Source: a bacterium
Lineage (GTDB): Bacteria > Hinthialibacterota > Hinthialibacteria > Hinthialibacterales > Hinthialibacteraceae
Reading direction: 5' to 3'
Assembly: GCA_963662285.2 (NCBI GenBank)
Contig: CAXXMV010000006.1
Location: forward strand, 1,408,001 to 1,472,000
Length of the DNA: 64,000 nt
Of the stretch, positions 39,889 to 49,034 are shown in pieces (position 1 is the stretch's first letter; the number at the start of each line of letters is the position of its first letter). Position numbers and translations under genes: made by a program. A model generated the notes under the pieces. The model was given only the letters and a program-made list of their open reading frames with translations, searched no databases and had not been told where the DNA came from.

Positions 39889-40824
39889 CTATTTCACTGC
39901 CTTAAAGAATTCTGCGGCTGATCCGGCGATTCCTTCGGCGTCCAGTTTGTATTCTTTGTACATATCTTCGGGGCTGCCGGATTGACCGAATTGATCCAGA
40001 ACTCCCCAGCGTTTAACTGGTACGGGGAATTTCTCTGACGTCACTTCGCAAACCGCTGAACCCAGGCCGCCAATGATGCTGTGATCTTCGACGGTGAACA
40101 GGCATCCTGTTTCCTTGGCGCATTTTACGATCAATTCTTCATCAATGGGCTTGATGGAATGGATGTTGACGATGCGAGCATCAATCTTCTTGGCGGCCAG
40201 CAGCTCTTTGGCTTTGAGCGCATGTTGTACGGTTCCACCGGAAGCGATGATGGTCATATCAGCGCCGGGCGCCAGTTCAGCGCCTTTACCTAATTGGAAT
40301 TTATAACCCTCGCCATTGACGTCGGGTAGTTTCTGACGGGTTAGACGCAGGTAAACCGGGCCGTCGTGTTGCGCGGCGAAGGCTACGGCTTGTTTGGTTT
40401 CCACTTCGTCAGCTGGTTGAATGACGACCATACCGGGGATAGAGCGCATCAGGCCGATGTCTTCCAGACCCATTTGGCTGTGGCCGTCTTCTCCGATGCC
40501 GATTCCGGCGTGGGTGCCGACGATTTTGACATTGGCTTTGGCGTATCCAACCGAGATGCGGATAGTATCGAAGCGTCCCGTGATGAAGCAGGCGAAACTG
40601 CATACAAAGGGGACTTTGCCCGATAGAGCCATTCCGGCGCCGGCGCCGATCATGTTGGCTTCAGCGATTCCAAACTCAAAAAAGCGCTCGGGGTATTTAT
40701 CGGCGAAGAGGCAGGTCATGGTGGATTTGCTTAAATCAGCATCCAGAACCACAACATTAGGATTGCTCCGCCCGATATCCACCAAGGCTTCTCCAAAGGC
40801 GAGACGAGTTGCTTTTGTAGACAT
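39889..40824 (-). CDS. Transketolase, C-terminal (pyrimidine-binding) subunit
   Basis: ATRLAFG, DADL..ST, GIAEANM, GEDGHSQ, YLRL.R, EDHS..GGLGSAV. Confidence 0.92.
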   Translation of the reverse strand: MSTKATRLAFGEALVDIGRSNPNVVVLDADLSKSTMTCLFADKYPERFFEFGIAEANMIGAGAGMALSGKVPFVCSFACFITGRFDTIRISVGYAKANVKIVGTHAGIGIGEDGHSQMGLEDIGLMRSIPGMVVIQPADEVETKQAVAFAAQHDGPVYLRLTRQKLPDVNGEGYKFQLGKGAELAPGADMTIIASGGTVQHALKAKELLAAKKIDARIVNIHSIKPIDEELIVKCAKETGCLFTVEDHSIIGGLGSAVCEVTSEKFPVPVKRWGVLDQFGQSGSPEDMYKEYKLDAEGIAGSAAEFFKAVK

Positions 40825-40922
40825 ATTATCCTTCCATATCTATAGGAAAATTCTATTAATTTCAGTGTTACCCCGGTATGTCTGGTTACTCTGGTAGAAC
40901 CGGGTTTGATCCAGATCAGGAA

Positions 40923-41756
40923 TTATACTTGAGCCAGTTCCTTGAGCGCCTGCTCGGTCTCTTCAGGATTGGGAGTCTTGCCATGCCAGCCGACCTGGTT
41001 TTCCATGAACGAAACGCCTTTGCCTTTGACGGTTTTAGCCCATATAAGAGTGGGGCGGTCTTTGGTGGCCTGGGCTTCGTCGAGCGCTTTGATAACCTGT
41101 TCCATGTCATGGCCGTTGATGGCGATGACGTGCCAGTTGAATGAGCGCCATTTGGCGTCGATGGGCGTTAATGACATTACGTCTTCGACATAACCGTCGA
41201 TCTGGGCGTTGTTGTTATCCAGGATAAGCGTCAGGTTGTTGAGTTTGAATTTGCTGGCGGCCATAACCGCTTCCCAGATTTGGCCTTCCTGTGATTCGCC
41301 GTCGCCGATCATGCAATATACGCGCCAGGCTTTTTTGTCCATTTTGGCGGTCATAGCCATGCCCAGAGCGATGGAGAGTCCTTGTCCCAATGATCCGGTC
41401 GAGGCTTCCATAGCGTTGCAGCGAACGCGGTCGGGGTGTCCCTGGAGGAATGATCCGAATTTGCGCAGATTGATGAGTTCTTTTTCATCAAAATAACCCG
41501 CCTGAGCCAGGGCGGAGTACCATGCCGGGACGCAGTGTCCCTTGGACATGATGAAACGGTCGCGTTCTTCCCATTGGGGATTGGCCGGATCGTGTTTCAT
41601 TACTCCGAATAGAAGCGCCGCCGTGATATCCGCGGCGGATAATGAACCACCCGGATGTCCCGAACCGGCTTCAGCCAGCATCCTGATGCTATTCATGCGA
41701 ATATTTCGCGCGTGTGATTTGAGCGTACTTATGTCTCTAGTGAGTTCAAAAGCCAT
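40923..41756 (-). CDS. Transketolase, N-terminal (TPP-binding) subunit
   Basis: SGHPGGSLS, DRFIMSKGH, LQGHP, TGSLGQGLS, GDGE...N TPP motif, KGKGVSFMEN...WHG. Confidence 0.93.
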   Translation of the reverse strand: MAFELTRDISTLKSHARNIRMNSIRMLAEAGSGHPGGSLSAADITAALLFGVMKHDPANPQWEERDRFIMSKGHCVPAWYSALAQAGYFDEKELINLRKFGSFLQGHPDRVRCNAMEASTGSLGQGLSIALGMAMTAKMDKKAWRVYCMIGDGESQEGQIWEAVMAASKFKLNNLTLILDNNNAQIDGYVEDVMSLTPIDAKWRSFNWHVIAINGHDMEQVIKALDEAQATKDRPTLIWAKTVKGKGVSFMENQVGWHGKTPNPEETEQALKELAQV

Positions 41757-42072
41757 TACTGATCCCTTCAGCCTTCTTCTCCCGAAAGGGAGGAATATTC
41801 ATTCATGTAATCAGATTTAATTATGATGATATTGACTGAATGTCAATGCGGCAAGAGTGACGGAGCGATTGAATTAAAAAGTTGCCTGAAGCGTCAGTTG
41901 TGCGGTAGTTTTATTAAGAATCGTTTTTAAGCGTATTTAATAGATTATCGAGATGATGTAAGATAGTGAACGGTGTCTATTTGATTGGATAGATATGATA
42001 TTGTTTGACTTAGGCGCAAAATTTGTTTTATCCCGGAAATGATTGCTTATTGATTGACGCAGAATTAAAAAA

Positions 42073-42235
42073 TGTCTGAATCTGGATGTCCTTGATAAAA
42101 GGATACTCTGGATGGGTGAATCTATAATCTGATGTTATCCAAATACAGGGATTCTGAATAGCCTGAAAATAGGAATAGGGCGAATGATGAAAAATCCTGG
42201 ATATCCTGCTAATCCAGGGTATCTTGATTCAGACA
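42073..42235. repeat. 163-bp element with imperfect long terminal inverted repeats
   Basis: TGTCTGAATC...GATTCAGACA perfect 10-bp ends, extending imperfectly for about 40 bp through GGAT/ATCC subrepeats. Confidence 0.6.
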
Positions 42236-42301
42236 AAAAAAATATCTTTAAAATATATTCAAATGCATGTTGAAACTAAAATTTATTATAAAGGAAAAAC
42301 T

Positions 42302-42784
42302 ATGATATTTCATCTGAACGATAAAGAGCAATGGCAACCTGTGGTTGATAAATGGCGTGAAGAGGGCAAAGTTATCGTCACCACCAACGGAACTTTCGAT
42401 ATCGTCCATGTAGGACATATCCGGCTGATGACCGAAGCCAAAGCGCAGGGCGATATCCTAATCCTGGGATTAAACAGCGACAAATCAGTTAAACAATATA
42501 AAAGCGAGAAGCGCCCCATCGTCCCCCAGGAAGAACGGGCCAAGTTGATTGAAGCCTTACGCTGCATCGATATGGTGATCATTTTCGATGAACCGGAAAG
42601 CGCCCGCTTCGTCACCGAGGTCAAACCTGATATTCACGCCAAAGATTCAACCTATGGCTATGACCTGATCGAAGCCCCCATAGTAGCCGAATACGGCGGC
42701 AAGATTTATCTGGTCGAAAAAGACGGACATTCCACTACTAATGTTATTCAGAAAATTATTGATGTTTATAAGGATGAGTTGTAG
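42302..42784 (+). CDS. RfaE domain II-type (HldC) heptose-1-phosphate adenylyltransferase / cytidylyltransferase family
   Basis: TNGTFDIVHVGH (HxGH), GLNSDKSV, RPIVPQEER and HSTT; AAGGA RBS before ATG 42302. Confidence 0.85.
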   Translation: MIFHLNDKEQWQPVVDKWREEGKVIVTTNGTFDIVHVGHIRLMTEAKAQGDILILGLNSDKSVKQYKSEKRPIVPQEERAKLIEALRCIDMVIIFDEPESARFVTEVKPDIHAKDSTYGYDLIEAPIVAEYGGKIYLVEKDGHSTTNVIQKIIDVYKDEL

Positions 42785-42979
42785 GTAAGGGATGGACTTA
42801 ATGCTTTCGCTTGTGATTTTGAGTACTACTCAAGGGCTGAAAATATTCTGCCCTTGGCGTACGCGCCTATTCATGTAGTAGATTGATATAATGCATATTA
42901 TTGAAGGTTCATCTCAAAAGTGATTTGCAAATTATATATTTGCCCGTAAAATATATAATAGTTGTTCATTCCCGCAGAA

Positions 42980-43222
42980 ATGGATAAGACGCTGATGAAT
43001 GCCCTGGACATTATTACAGCGATAGAAAAACTGCCGCAAGATGAAAAACAGTTAGTCATTGATTTTGCGGTTTCTATCAGAGAAGCAATGTATCTAGCTG
43101 CTGACTATTCCCCGGAAGATGAGGAGATGATCGTTGAAGAAGCCAAACTCTGTAAACAAAGGGTAGATGTAAAAGAACATTCTTCGGCGGATGACTTGCG
43201 TAATTCTCTTGGTTTAACCTAA
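42980..43222 (+). CDS. Putative type II antitoxin
   Basis: Small acidic ORF 10 bp upstream of a RelE-type toxin; IEKLPQDEKQLVIDF N-terminus; HSSADDLRNSL C-terminus. The start codon is uncertain (42962, 42980 or 42995). Confidence 0.65.
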   Translation: MDKTLMNALDIITAIEKLPQDEKQLVIDFAVSIREAMYLAADYSPEDEEMIVEEAKLCKQRVDVKEHSSADDLRNSLGLT

Positions 43223-43232
43223 GAGCAATTTA

Positions 43233-43493
43233 ATGAGGTTTGTTCACCGCAAAAAATTCACCAAAGGTCTTGAAAAACTCACCCCAAACCAAAAGAAGAG
43301 CGTTGGGGAAGTTATTAAATTATTCGAAGATGATCCTTTCCATCCTAAACTCAATAATCATGCCCTTCATGGTAAACTAAAAGATTTGCGATCTATTTCT
43401 GTCGGAGGAGATTTACGTATCACTTTTTTTGAAGAAGATAATTATGAGGTGGTCTACCTTGTATGTATTGGAACCCATAACCAAGTGTATTGA
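43233..43493 (+). CDS. Type II TA toxin, RelE/StbE/YafQ family mRNA interferase
   Basis: F.K..KL...F..DPFHPKLNNHALHGKL...RSISVGGDLRI.F...IGTHNQVY. Confidence 0.9.
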   Translation: MRFVHRKKFTKGLEKLTPNQKKSVGEVIKLFEDDPFHPKLNNHALHGKLKDLRSISVGGDLRITFFEEDNYEVVYLVCIGTHNQVY

Positions 43494-43528
43494 AGATTCT
43501 TTACATTGGCGCCCCGGTATGATTTCAA

Positions 43529-44182
43529 TCAGGCTGGTTTCATTTTTAGGATTTTTTTGACAAGAAGGTCAACGTTCGTATATGGATGCCATGTTCTACT
43601 TGATGGATTTGCAGCAGAGTTATGATGAAAATCGTTAATTCTTTCTGCACCTTTAAATGCTTTTTCAAGGTTGGGGTATAACGAATTAATAATTGATTGA
43701 TTCTTTTTGTAATCTGGGATATATACTTGTAAATCATGTCTGACTTCATCGTTATCCTTAAATTGTTTTGTTGTATAAGCGAAATGAAGAAGAAACCAGA
43801 ATTCAAAACTGGGAGTTGAAAAAGCGATATTAAAGGTAGGCTTTTTCCCTTTTATATTGTTATTTATACTATTTGCTTTATCGATGGCTTTATCGAAAGT
43901 TTCATGTGTATCGCGATCAAAAACACACCAAATGTGATCAAACAGTGCTTTATTTTTATTGAGCATTTTTTCTGCATGTTCCACAACCTTTATTGGTGCA
44001 GAGTCACATTCTTTACCATGGATTTCTATCTGGAGTTGATGGATTTTCCTCTTTTTTCTTAGATCTTTAAAATATTGTGTTTCGGTCGTCTCTCTTTCGC
44101 ATACAATCAATATTTTATTACCTGAGAATTTAGGAGCATTTTGAGTGAATTTATTTTTTGCGCGATTTTGATGTCTACTCAT
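43529..44182 (-). CDS. RloB family protein (TOPRIM-like; AbiLii-like)
   Basis: ILIVCE(R)..TE..YF, WCVFDRD, S.PSFEFWFLLHF, YKK and PYT.V..LV motifs. The start overlaps the ATPase stop (TAATG). Confidence 0.88.
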   Translation of the reverse strand: MSRHQNRAKNKFTQNAPKFSGNKILIVCERETTETQYFKDLRKKRKIHQLQIEIHGKECDSAPIKVVEHAEKMLNKNKALFDHIWCVFDRDTHETFDKAIDKANSINNNIKGKKPTFNIAFSTPSFEFWFLLHFAYTTKQFKDNDEVRHDLQVYIPDYKKNQSIINSLYPNLEKAFKGAERINDFHHNSAANPSSRTWHPYTNVDLLVKKILKMKPA

Positions 44183-45462
44183 TAGAAATCAAGCCCCCCC
44201 AGGAATGGAATAGCGCCATAGCGTCCCGCCAAGTATCCTTTTTGCAGGGCTTCTTCTTTCCGGGGCTTAAAATCGGTCAGGGGATATAAAATAGTCGCGG
44301 CTTCTTTATTCTTCTCGGTAAACCAGACTTGGTCGCGTCGCAATATATCCGTATTCAACTGGGTTGTATCATGGGTTGTGAAAATTAGTTGAGCGCCATT
44401 TTTATTCAACTCCTCGCTGTGCACCATCTCAATCAATTTTCTGAAAAGCATAGGATGTAAATTTGAACCGATTTCATCCAGGAAAATAGTTTTTCCTAGA
44501 TTTAGTGAATCTACCAAAGGGCCGAGTAATGAGAACAAAACTCTTGTTCCTGCCGATTCTTTATTTGGAGTTAAATAGACATTTTTGCCTGTATCATTTT
44601 TCTTGTGAAGGAATTTCCATGCTATTAATTCTTCTTTTAATTTCTTAATAAACATATCCATTATTGAATTAGGTTTACTTGTTGGTGATTCTAAATTACG
44701 AAATTCATTCCTTTTCGTTTTTATATCCATAACGCCTAAATCCGCTTGTTTTAATATATTTCTAATGATAATAGACTGTTCATTTTTATCATCAATAATT
44801 GAAGCGGTAATTTCTGAATTGGATAATGATTCAAAATAATCTAAAAATCGAAAGCAGTTTTTGAACCATTCGTAAACATTACCTAATTGCCTATGGTTAA
44901 ATTGAGCGGCAGTCGATAGAAAGAGAGTTTTAAATTTTGTTTTCTCTTTCAGGCTTTCTTTCTCGCCCTTGAGGAATGTACTGAAATTCCATTCATACTC
45001 TTTTTTTTCATCATTAAAAAAACGGTAAAACCATTGCTGGGCTTTCCCATTAGGGTAGGCAATAAGCCATTCCTTATAAACTTTCTTTTTTTTTATCGCA
45101 AATCCATATTGATAACGGATTCCCTCATGAATAAAGATGATTTCGAATTCACTTAGTTCCTTTTCGCTTTTTGAATCAAATCCAAAAGGAGCAATATCAA
45201 TTTCATCAAGAAAATTTCTTCGGATTGATTCGTCAACAATTAAATTTCTCATGAATTTTCCGGCTTTGTATAAATTGCTTTTGCCTGATGCGTTAGCGCC
45301 GTAGATGGCTGCGCTTTTTAGTAGTTTTACGTTAGATAATCCTGGCGCTTGGGGATCGATCAGGTGGTTGGGGTGTTCGTTGTCTTTATTGTTGGCCACC
45401 ATGCTCAGGGTTTGTTTATCTTTAATGGAACGGTAATTTTTTACTGAAAATTCAATCAACAT
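44182..45462 (-). CDS. AAA_21/ABC-type ATPase (RloA/AbiLi-like)
   Basis: MLIEFSVKNYRSIKD start; Walker A GANASGKS; signature ESAGT; Walker B IFLDE..S.LHP; QLIFTTHD; RRDQVWFTEK; YLAGRYGAIP. Confidence 0.9.
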   Translation of the reverse strand: MLIEFSVKNYRSIKDKQTLSMVANNKDNEHPNHLIDPQAPGLSNVKLLKSAAIYGANASGKSNLYKAGKFMRNLIVDESIRRNFLDEIDIAPFGFDSKSEKELSEFEIIFIHEGIRYQYGFAIKKKKVYKEWLIAYPNGKAQQWFYRFFNDEKKEYEWNFSTFLKGEKESLKEKTKFKTLFLSTAAQFNHRQLGNVYEWFKNCFRFLDYFESLSNSEITASIIDDKNEQSIIIRNILKQADLGVMDIKTKRNEFRNLESPTSKPNSIMDMFIKKLKEELIAWKFLHKKNDTGKNVYLTPNKESAGTRVLFSLLGPLVDSLNLGKTIFLDEIGSNLHPMLFRKLIEMVHSEELNKNGAQLIFTTHDTTQLNTDILRRDQVWFTEKNKEAATILYPLTDFKPRKEEALQKGYLAGRYGAIPFLGGLDF

Positions 45463-45792
45463 TGTACTTGCCTATCAATTTAATCGCGATTTCCGCATAA
45501 AAACTGCGGATGTATGGTTATAATTTACATATATATCGGATTATGTGCAAGTTTACTTGATCTTTTTTTAGATATTTATCTAAAATACTCTAATCATTTC
45601 TGAGAATATTCAGAATCATAAGTGATAGCATCAAGGGCTGACTGCATTGCGGTCTTGCCCTTGGTGCCAGGCAATATCCTCTTTTACTGTTTTTTCTATC
45701 CAAGTAGATTATTTCGACTCATCATATTTCTAATAATAAATACCATGTTGATGATTATTGAGGTTGCTGTCGGAATTTTTTGAAACAATTTG

Positions 45793-45836
45793 TTGACATT
45801 TATTGTAACAAAGATTATGATTATTAATCTTTGTTA
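45793..45836 (+). promoter_or_regulatory. Sigma70-type promoter of the pAgo-SIR2 operon with an overlapping palindromic operator
   Basis: TTGACA (45793-45798), 17-nt spacer, TATGAT (45816-45821). Perfect inverted repeat TAACAAAGATTA-N7-TAATCTTTGTTA (45806-45836). Confidence 0.65.
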
Positions 45837-45912
45837 TATTCTATATTCTGTGAAACCGAAAGCAAAATATAGATAAACATTATTTGAAAATCATTAATAT
45901 TGGCGAATTAAA

Positions 45913-47814
45913 ATGAATGATCATAAAAAAATAGCTTTGAATTTCTTACCCATAGAACCACAGAATTTTGAATTCACAGTTTATCGCAAGTTAATGATAA
46001 ATAATGAACAGAGACCTTGTGAAGATGTTTTTAAATCTTCATTACCAAATGAAAAGAAAAATGAACCTTGGCCCAAATATTGGGTGTCCTTTACACAAAA
46101 AGAAGATTATGAAGAATTTTTAGTTAATACTAAAACAAACAATTATTTGACTAGAGAGTATCTTTTTCAACAATTAGTAATGAATATCAAGGAGCATATT
46201 CCTGAACGACTCGAAAGAAATGAAGAAAAATTCTATAAACGTAGAATATTTTTTAAACTTGAAGAATTTGATATTGGCAAACAAGTAATATGGCTAGATC
46301 CATTTTATTTAAAAAAAACATCCACTTTTGGATTCTTAATTGATTTTTGTTTTATCTCTAATGATGATTCATCACATTCAAAAGAACGTCAAAAACTATC
46401 TCTTAATTTAGATAGTTCCTATCGCTCAAACAAAAATTTCCACCAAGAAAAACTTTATAAAATAAAAAATTTCATTGACATATTTCTTGAAAAATTAAAT
46501 CCAATTTCTGATAATACTGACTTGAACTTAAGGATATCTAACAAATTTTCATGCATTAATTCAAGTACATTAAGTAATAAAATCTACAGTTTTGATAATA
46601 TGAAAACTAATAATTCTCAATTTCAGGGAATCAAAGAATACGGACCCTATCAAAAAAGTAATATTAATATTCACTATCATTTTATATTTAAGGAAGAAAA
46701 TATCGATTTAGGCCGGGATCTATTAAGGGCTTTAAATGGAGAAACATTTAAACAAACTTTTCCAGGAATGGAAAAAATGTTTCATATAAAATTAGGAAAG
46801 GATAATGTTTCAAAAATAATAATTAATTCATATAATAAAAGTGAAATTGATAAAGCAATCGAATCAATCAACAAATCAGGCTATGAAAATAACATTGCTA
46901 CTTTCATTTTCCCAGAAAAAGATTCAGATTTTTACTATAACCTAAAGAATGTTTTTCTTAATTCTGGTGTTTTAACCCAAGGCGTTCATATTGAAACCTT
47001 AAAAAATACGTCTGGTTTAAAGTGGTCGATTTCAAGTATTGCTCTTCAGTTGTTTTCAAAATCTGGTGGGGTGCCTTGGAGGCTTAAACCTAGTAATGAA
47101 AATTGTTTAATCATTGGAATTGGCAAAGCGCACCATCTGAAAAAAGATAATGGTCGAACTTTAGTTGAAAAATATTTTGCATATTCTGTTCTGACAGATT
47201 CAAGTGGAAAATATGTTTCTATGGATGTACTTTCTAGTGAAAAGGATGAAAATAATTATCTAAATAGTCTTCAAGCAAATCTGAAAAAAATTGTAGAAGA
47301 TTATAAAGATAAATATCAAAAAATCACTCTACATATACCTTTTAAAATACAACTACGAGAACTTGACGCAATAAAGAAAACGATTATAAACATAGATTCA
47401 GAGAAAGAATTTGTTGTAATCAAAATTGATGATCAGAGTAAATATTTTGGATATAATATAGATGTTAATTCATTTGTGCCTTATGAAAGTACTTTGTTAG
47501 AACTTTCACAAAATGAATATTTATTATGGACTGAAGGTTTAAATTACCATAATAAAAAAGTGATTAAACGATATTCAAATCCACTCCATATAGAATTTTA
47601 TTATTCAAATAAAAATTTATTAAGTCAGAGTGAAAAGAATTTATATTTACAGGATATAATGAATTTGTCAGGTGCAAGCTGGCGGGGATTCAATGCAAAG
47701 AAACTACCGATATCAATGTTTTATCCCAAGATAATATCACGATTCATAAAAGAGTTTTCAACTCGTAATCTAACAGAGATTAATTTTCAAGATTTACCAC
47801 CTTGGTTTTTATAA
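45913..47814 (+). CDS. ago: Prokaryotic Argonaute, catalytically inactive, compact long-B-like (633 aa)
   Basis: L2 motif QGIKEYGPY; MID 5'-phosphate pocket Y-K-Q-K (FYYNLK...TQGV...QLFSKSGGVPWRL); PIWI strands IIGIGKA, TLHIPFK, LQDIMNLSGASWRGF...LPISMFYP; C-terminal WFL. Confidence 0.9.
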   Translation: MNDHKKIALNFLPIEPQNFEFTVYRKLMINNEQRPCEDVFKSSLPNEKKNEPWPKYWVSFTQKEDYEEFLVNTKTNNYLTREYLFQQLVMNIKEHIPERLERNEEKFYKRRIFFKLEEFDIGKQVIWLDPFYLKKTSTFGFLIDFCFISNDDSSHSKERQKLSLNLDSSYRSNKNFHQEKLYKIKNFIDIFLEKLNPISDNTDLNLRISNKFSCINSSTLSNKIYSFDNMKTNNSQFQGIKEYGPYQKSNINIHYHFIFKEENIDLGRDLLRALNGETFKQTFPGMEKMFHIKLGKDNVSKIIINSYNKSEIDKAIESINKSGYENNIATFIFPEKDSDFYYNLKNVFLNSGVLTQGVHIETLKNTSGLKWSISSIALQLFSKSGGVPWRLKPSNENCLIIGIGKAHHLKKDNGRTLVEKYFAYSVLTDSSGKYVSMDVLSSEKDENNYLNSLQANLKKIVEDYKDKYQKITLHIPFKIQLRELDAIKKTIINIDSEKEFVVIKIDDQSKYFGYNIDVNSFVPYESTLLELSQNEYLLWTEGLNYHNKKVIKRYSNPLHIEFYYSNKNLLSQSEKNLYLQDIMNLSGASWRGFNAKKLPISMFYPKIISRFIKEFSTRNLTEINFQDLPPWFL

Positions 47815-47826
47815 AAGAAGATTAGC

Positions 47827-48879
47827 ATGAATTTTAAGGAAAACGAGATAATTTTTTTATTAGGTGCTGGGGCTAGTAAAGATGCAGATATCCCAATGTC
47901 TAATGAAATGATTGAAAAAGTTGAAAATTTAATTTTATCTGATAAATTTTGGAAAGAGTTTAGGGATTTTTATTATTTGATAAAGAGTGCAATTTTTTAT
48001 GCAGATGGTGTTCAGGGTAAGTTTAATAAAAAAGTTAACTTTAATATAGAGAGATTGTTTAATGTCTTAATTGAACTAGAAAAAAAAGAAGAACATCCAC
48101 TATATCCATTTATTGGCCAATGGAATATTAAATTTTCTGAAATTGTAGGTAATGATTATGAGTTAATTAAAAAATTTCAAGATTTAATCTTAAGTGAATT
48201 AAAAAATTGGATTACGCTAAAAATTAATAGTAACGCAGATTACTATAAAAAACTCAAAGATTTTAAAATAGAGATCAATCATTCTCTCAGGTTATTTACT
48301 CTTAACTATGATTTATGTGTAGAAAAGTCATTGTTATCAGAAGATTTTATTGTGGAACGAGGCTTCAATGAAAATCGCATTTGGGATTACAAAAAGATAA
48401 TTGACTTTCCTGCTGACAATACTCCAGATATTTTTCTATATAAGTTACACGGCTCTATTGATTGGGAAAGAGATAAGAATACTGGAGAAGTCAAATATAC
48501 TGATTGTAATGCACAAAATCCAGATTTGATTTTTGGAAGCGCCTATAAACTACAATATGTAGATCCATATTTATTTCAATTTTCTGAATTTAGGCACTAC
48601 ACTCTTAAAGCAAAACTCATAATTGTTGTTGGTTATGGCTTAGGAGATGAACATATAAATGGAATCATAAAGCAAGCGTTGGAGCAGGATGATTCAAAAA
48701 AATTGCTATATGTATCTCCTTCTGCAAATAAAGAAGAAATACAAAAATATCTTGGATTGAACAATGATGATCAATTGGAAACGATAAAATCAAGTGCCTC
48801 GAATTACTTTCAGAAAGAATTAGAATTGAATAAATTGAAAAACTTCTTTCCAGATGATTCAGATGATTTATGGATGTGA
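47827..48879 (+). CDS. SIR2-family (SIR2_2) putative NADase effector, stand-alone
   Basis: FLLGAGASKDADIP, FTLNYD, LYKLHGSIDW and VVGYGLGDEHIN. It starts 12 bp after the Ago stop and has no room for an APAZ domain. Confidence 0.9.
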   Translation: MNFKENEIIFLLGAGASKDADIPMSNEMIEKVENLILSDKFWKEFRDFYYLIKSAIFYADGVQGKFNKKVNFNIERLFNVLIELEKKEEHPLYPFIGQWNIKFSEIVGNDYELIKKFQDLILSELKNWITLKINSNADYYKKLKDFKIEINHSLRLFTLNYDLCVEKSLLSEDFIVERGFNENRIWDYKKIIDFPADNTPDIFLYKLHGSIDWERDKNTGEVKYTDCNAQNPDLIFGSAYKLQYVDPYLFQFSEFRHYTLKAKLIIVVGYGLGDEHINGIIKQALEQDDSKKLLYVSPSANKEEIQKYLGLNNDDQLETIKSSASNYFQKELELNKLKNFFPDDSDDLWM

Positions 48880-49034
48880 ATAAATATAGTGATTTTAGTG
48901 GATGCTGGTTCAAAAGGGGTGATACGACAATGCCTTTTGTACGTTTGATCTTTTTAATGGATTATTTAAGAATAGTAGTTTTGTTGTAATGTGAATTGTG
49001 ATATTACCAGTTGTAGGTAACAACCACACCCCTC

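Noticed and set aside
45913-48879. Classical SPARSA short-pAgo system or an active slicer Argonaute
   Set aside because: SIR2 is downstream and lacks APAZ, the Ago has an N-terminal extension of about 230 aa, and the catalytic DEDX residues are substituted.
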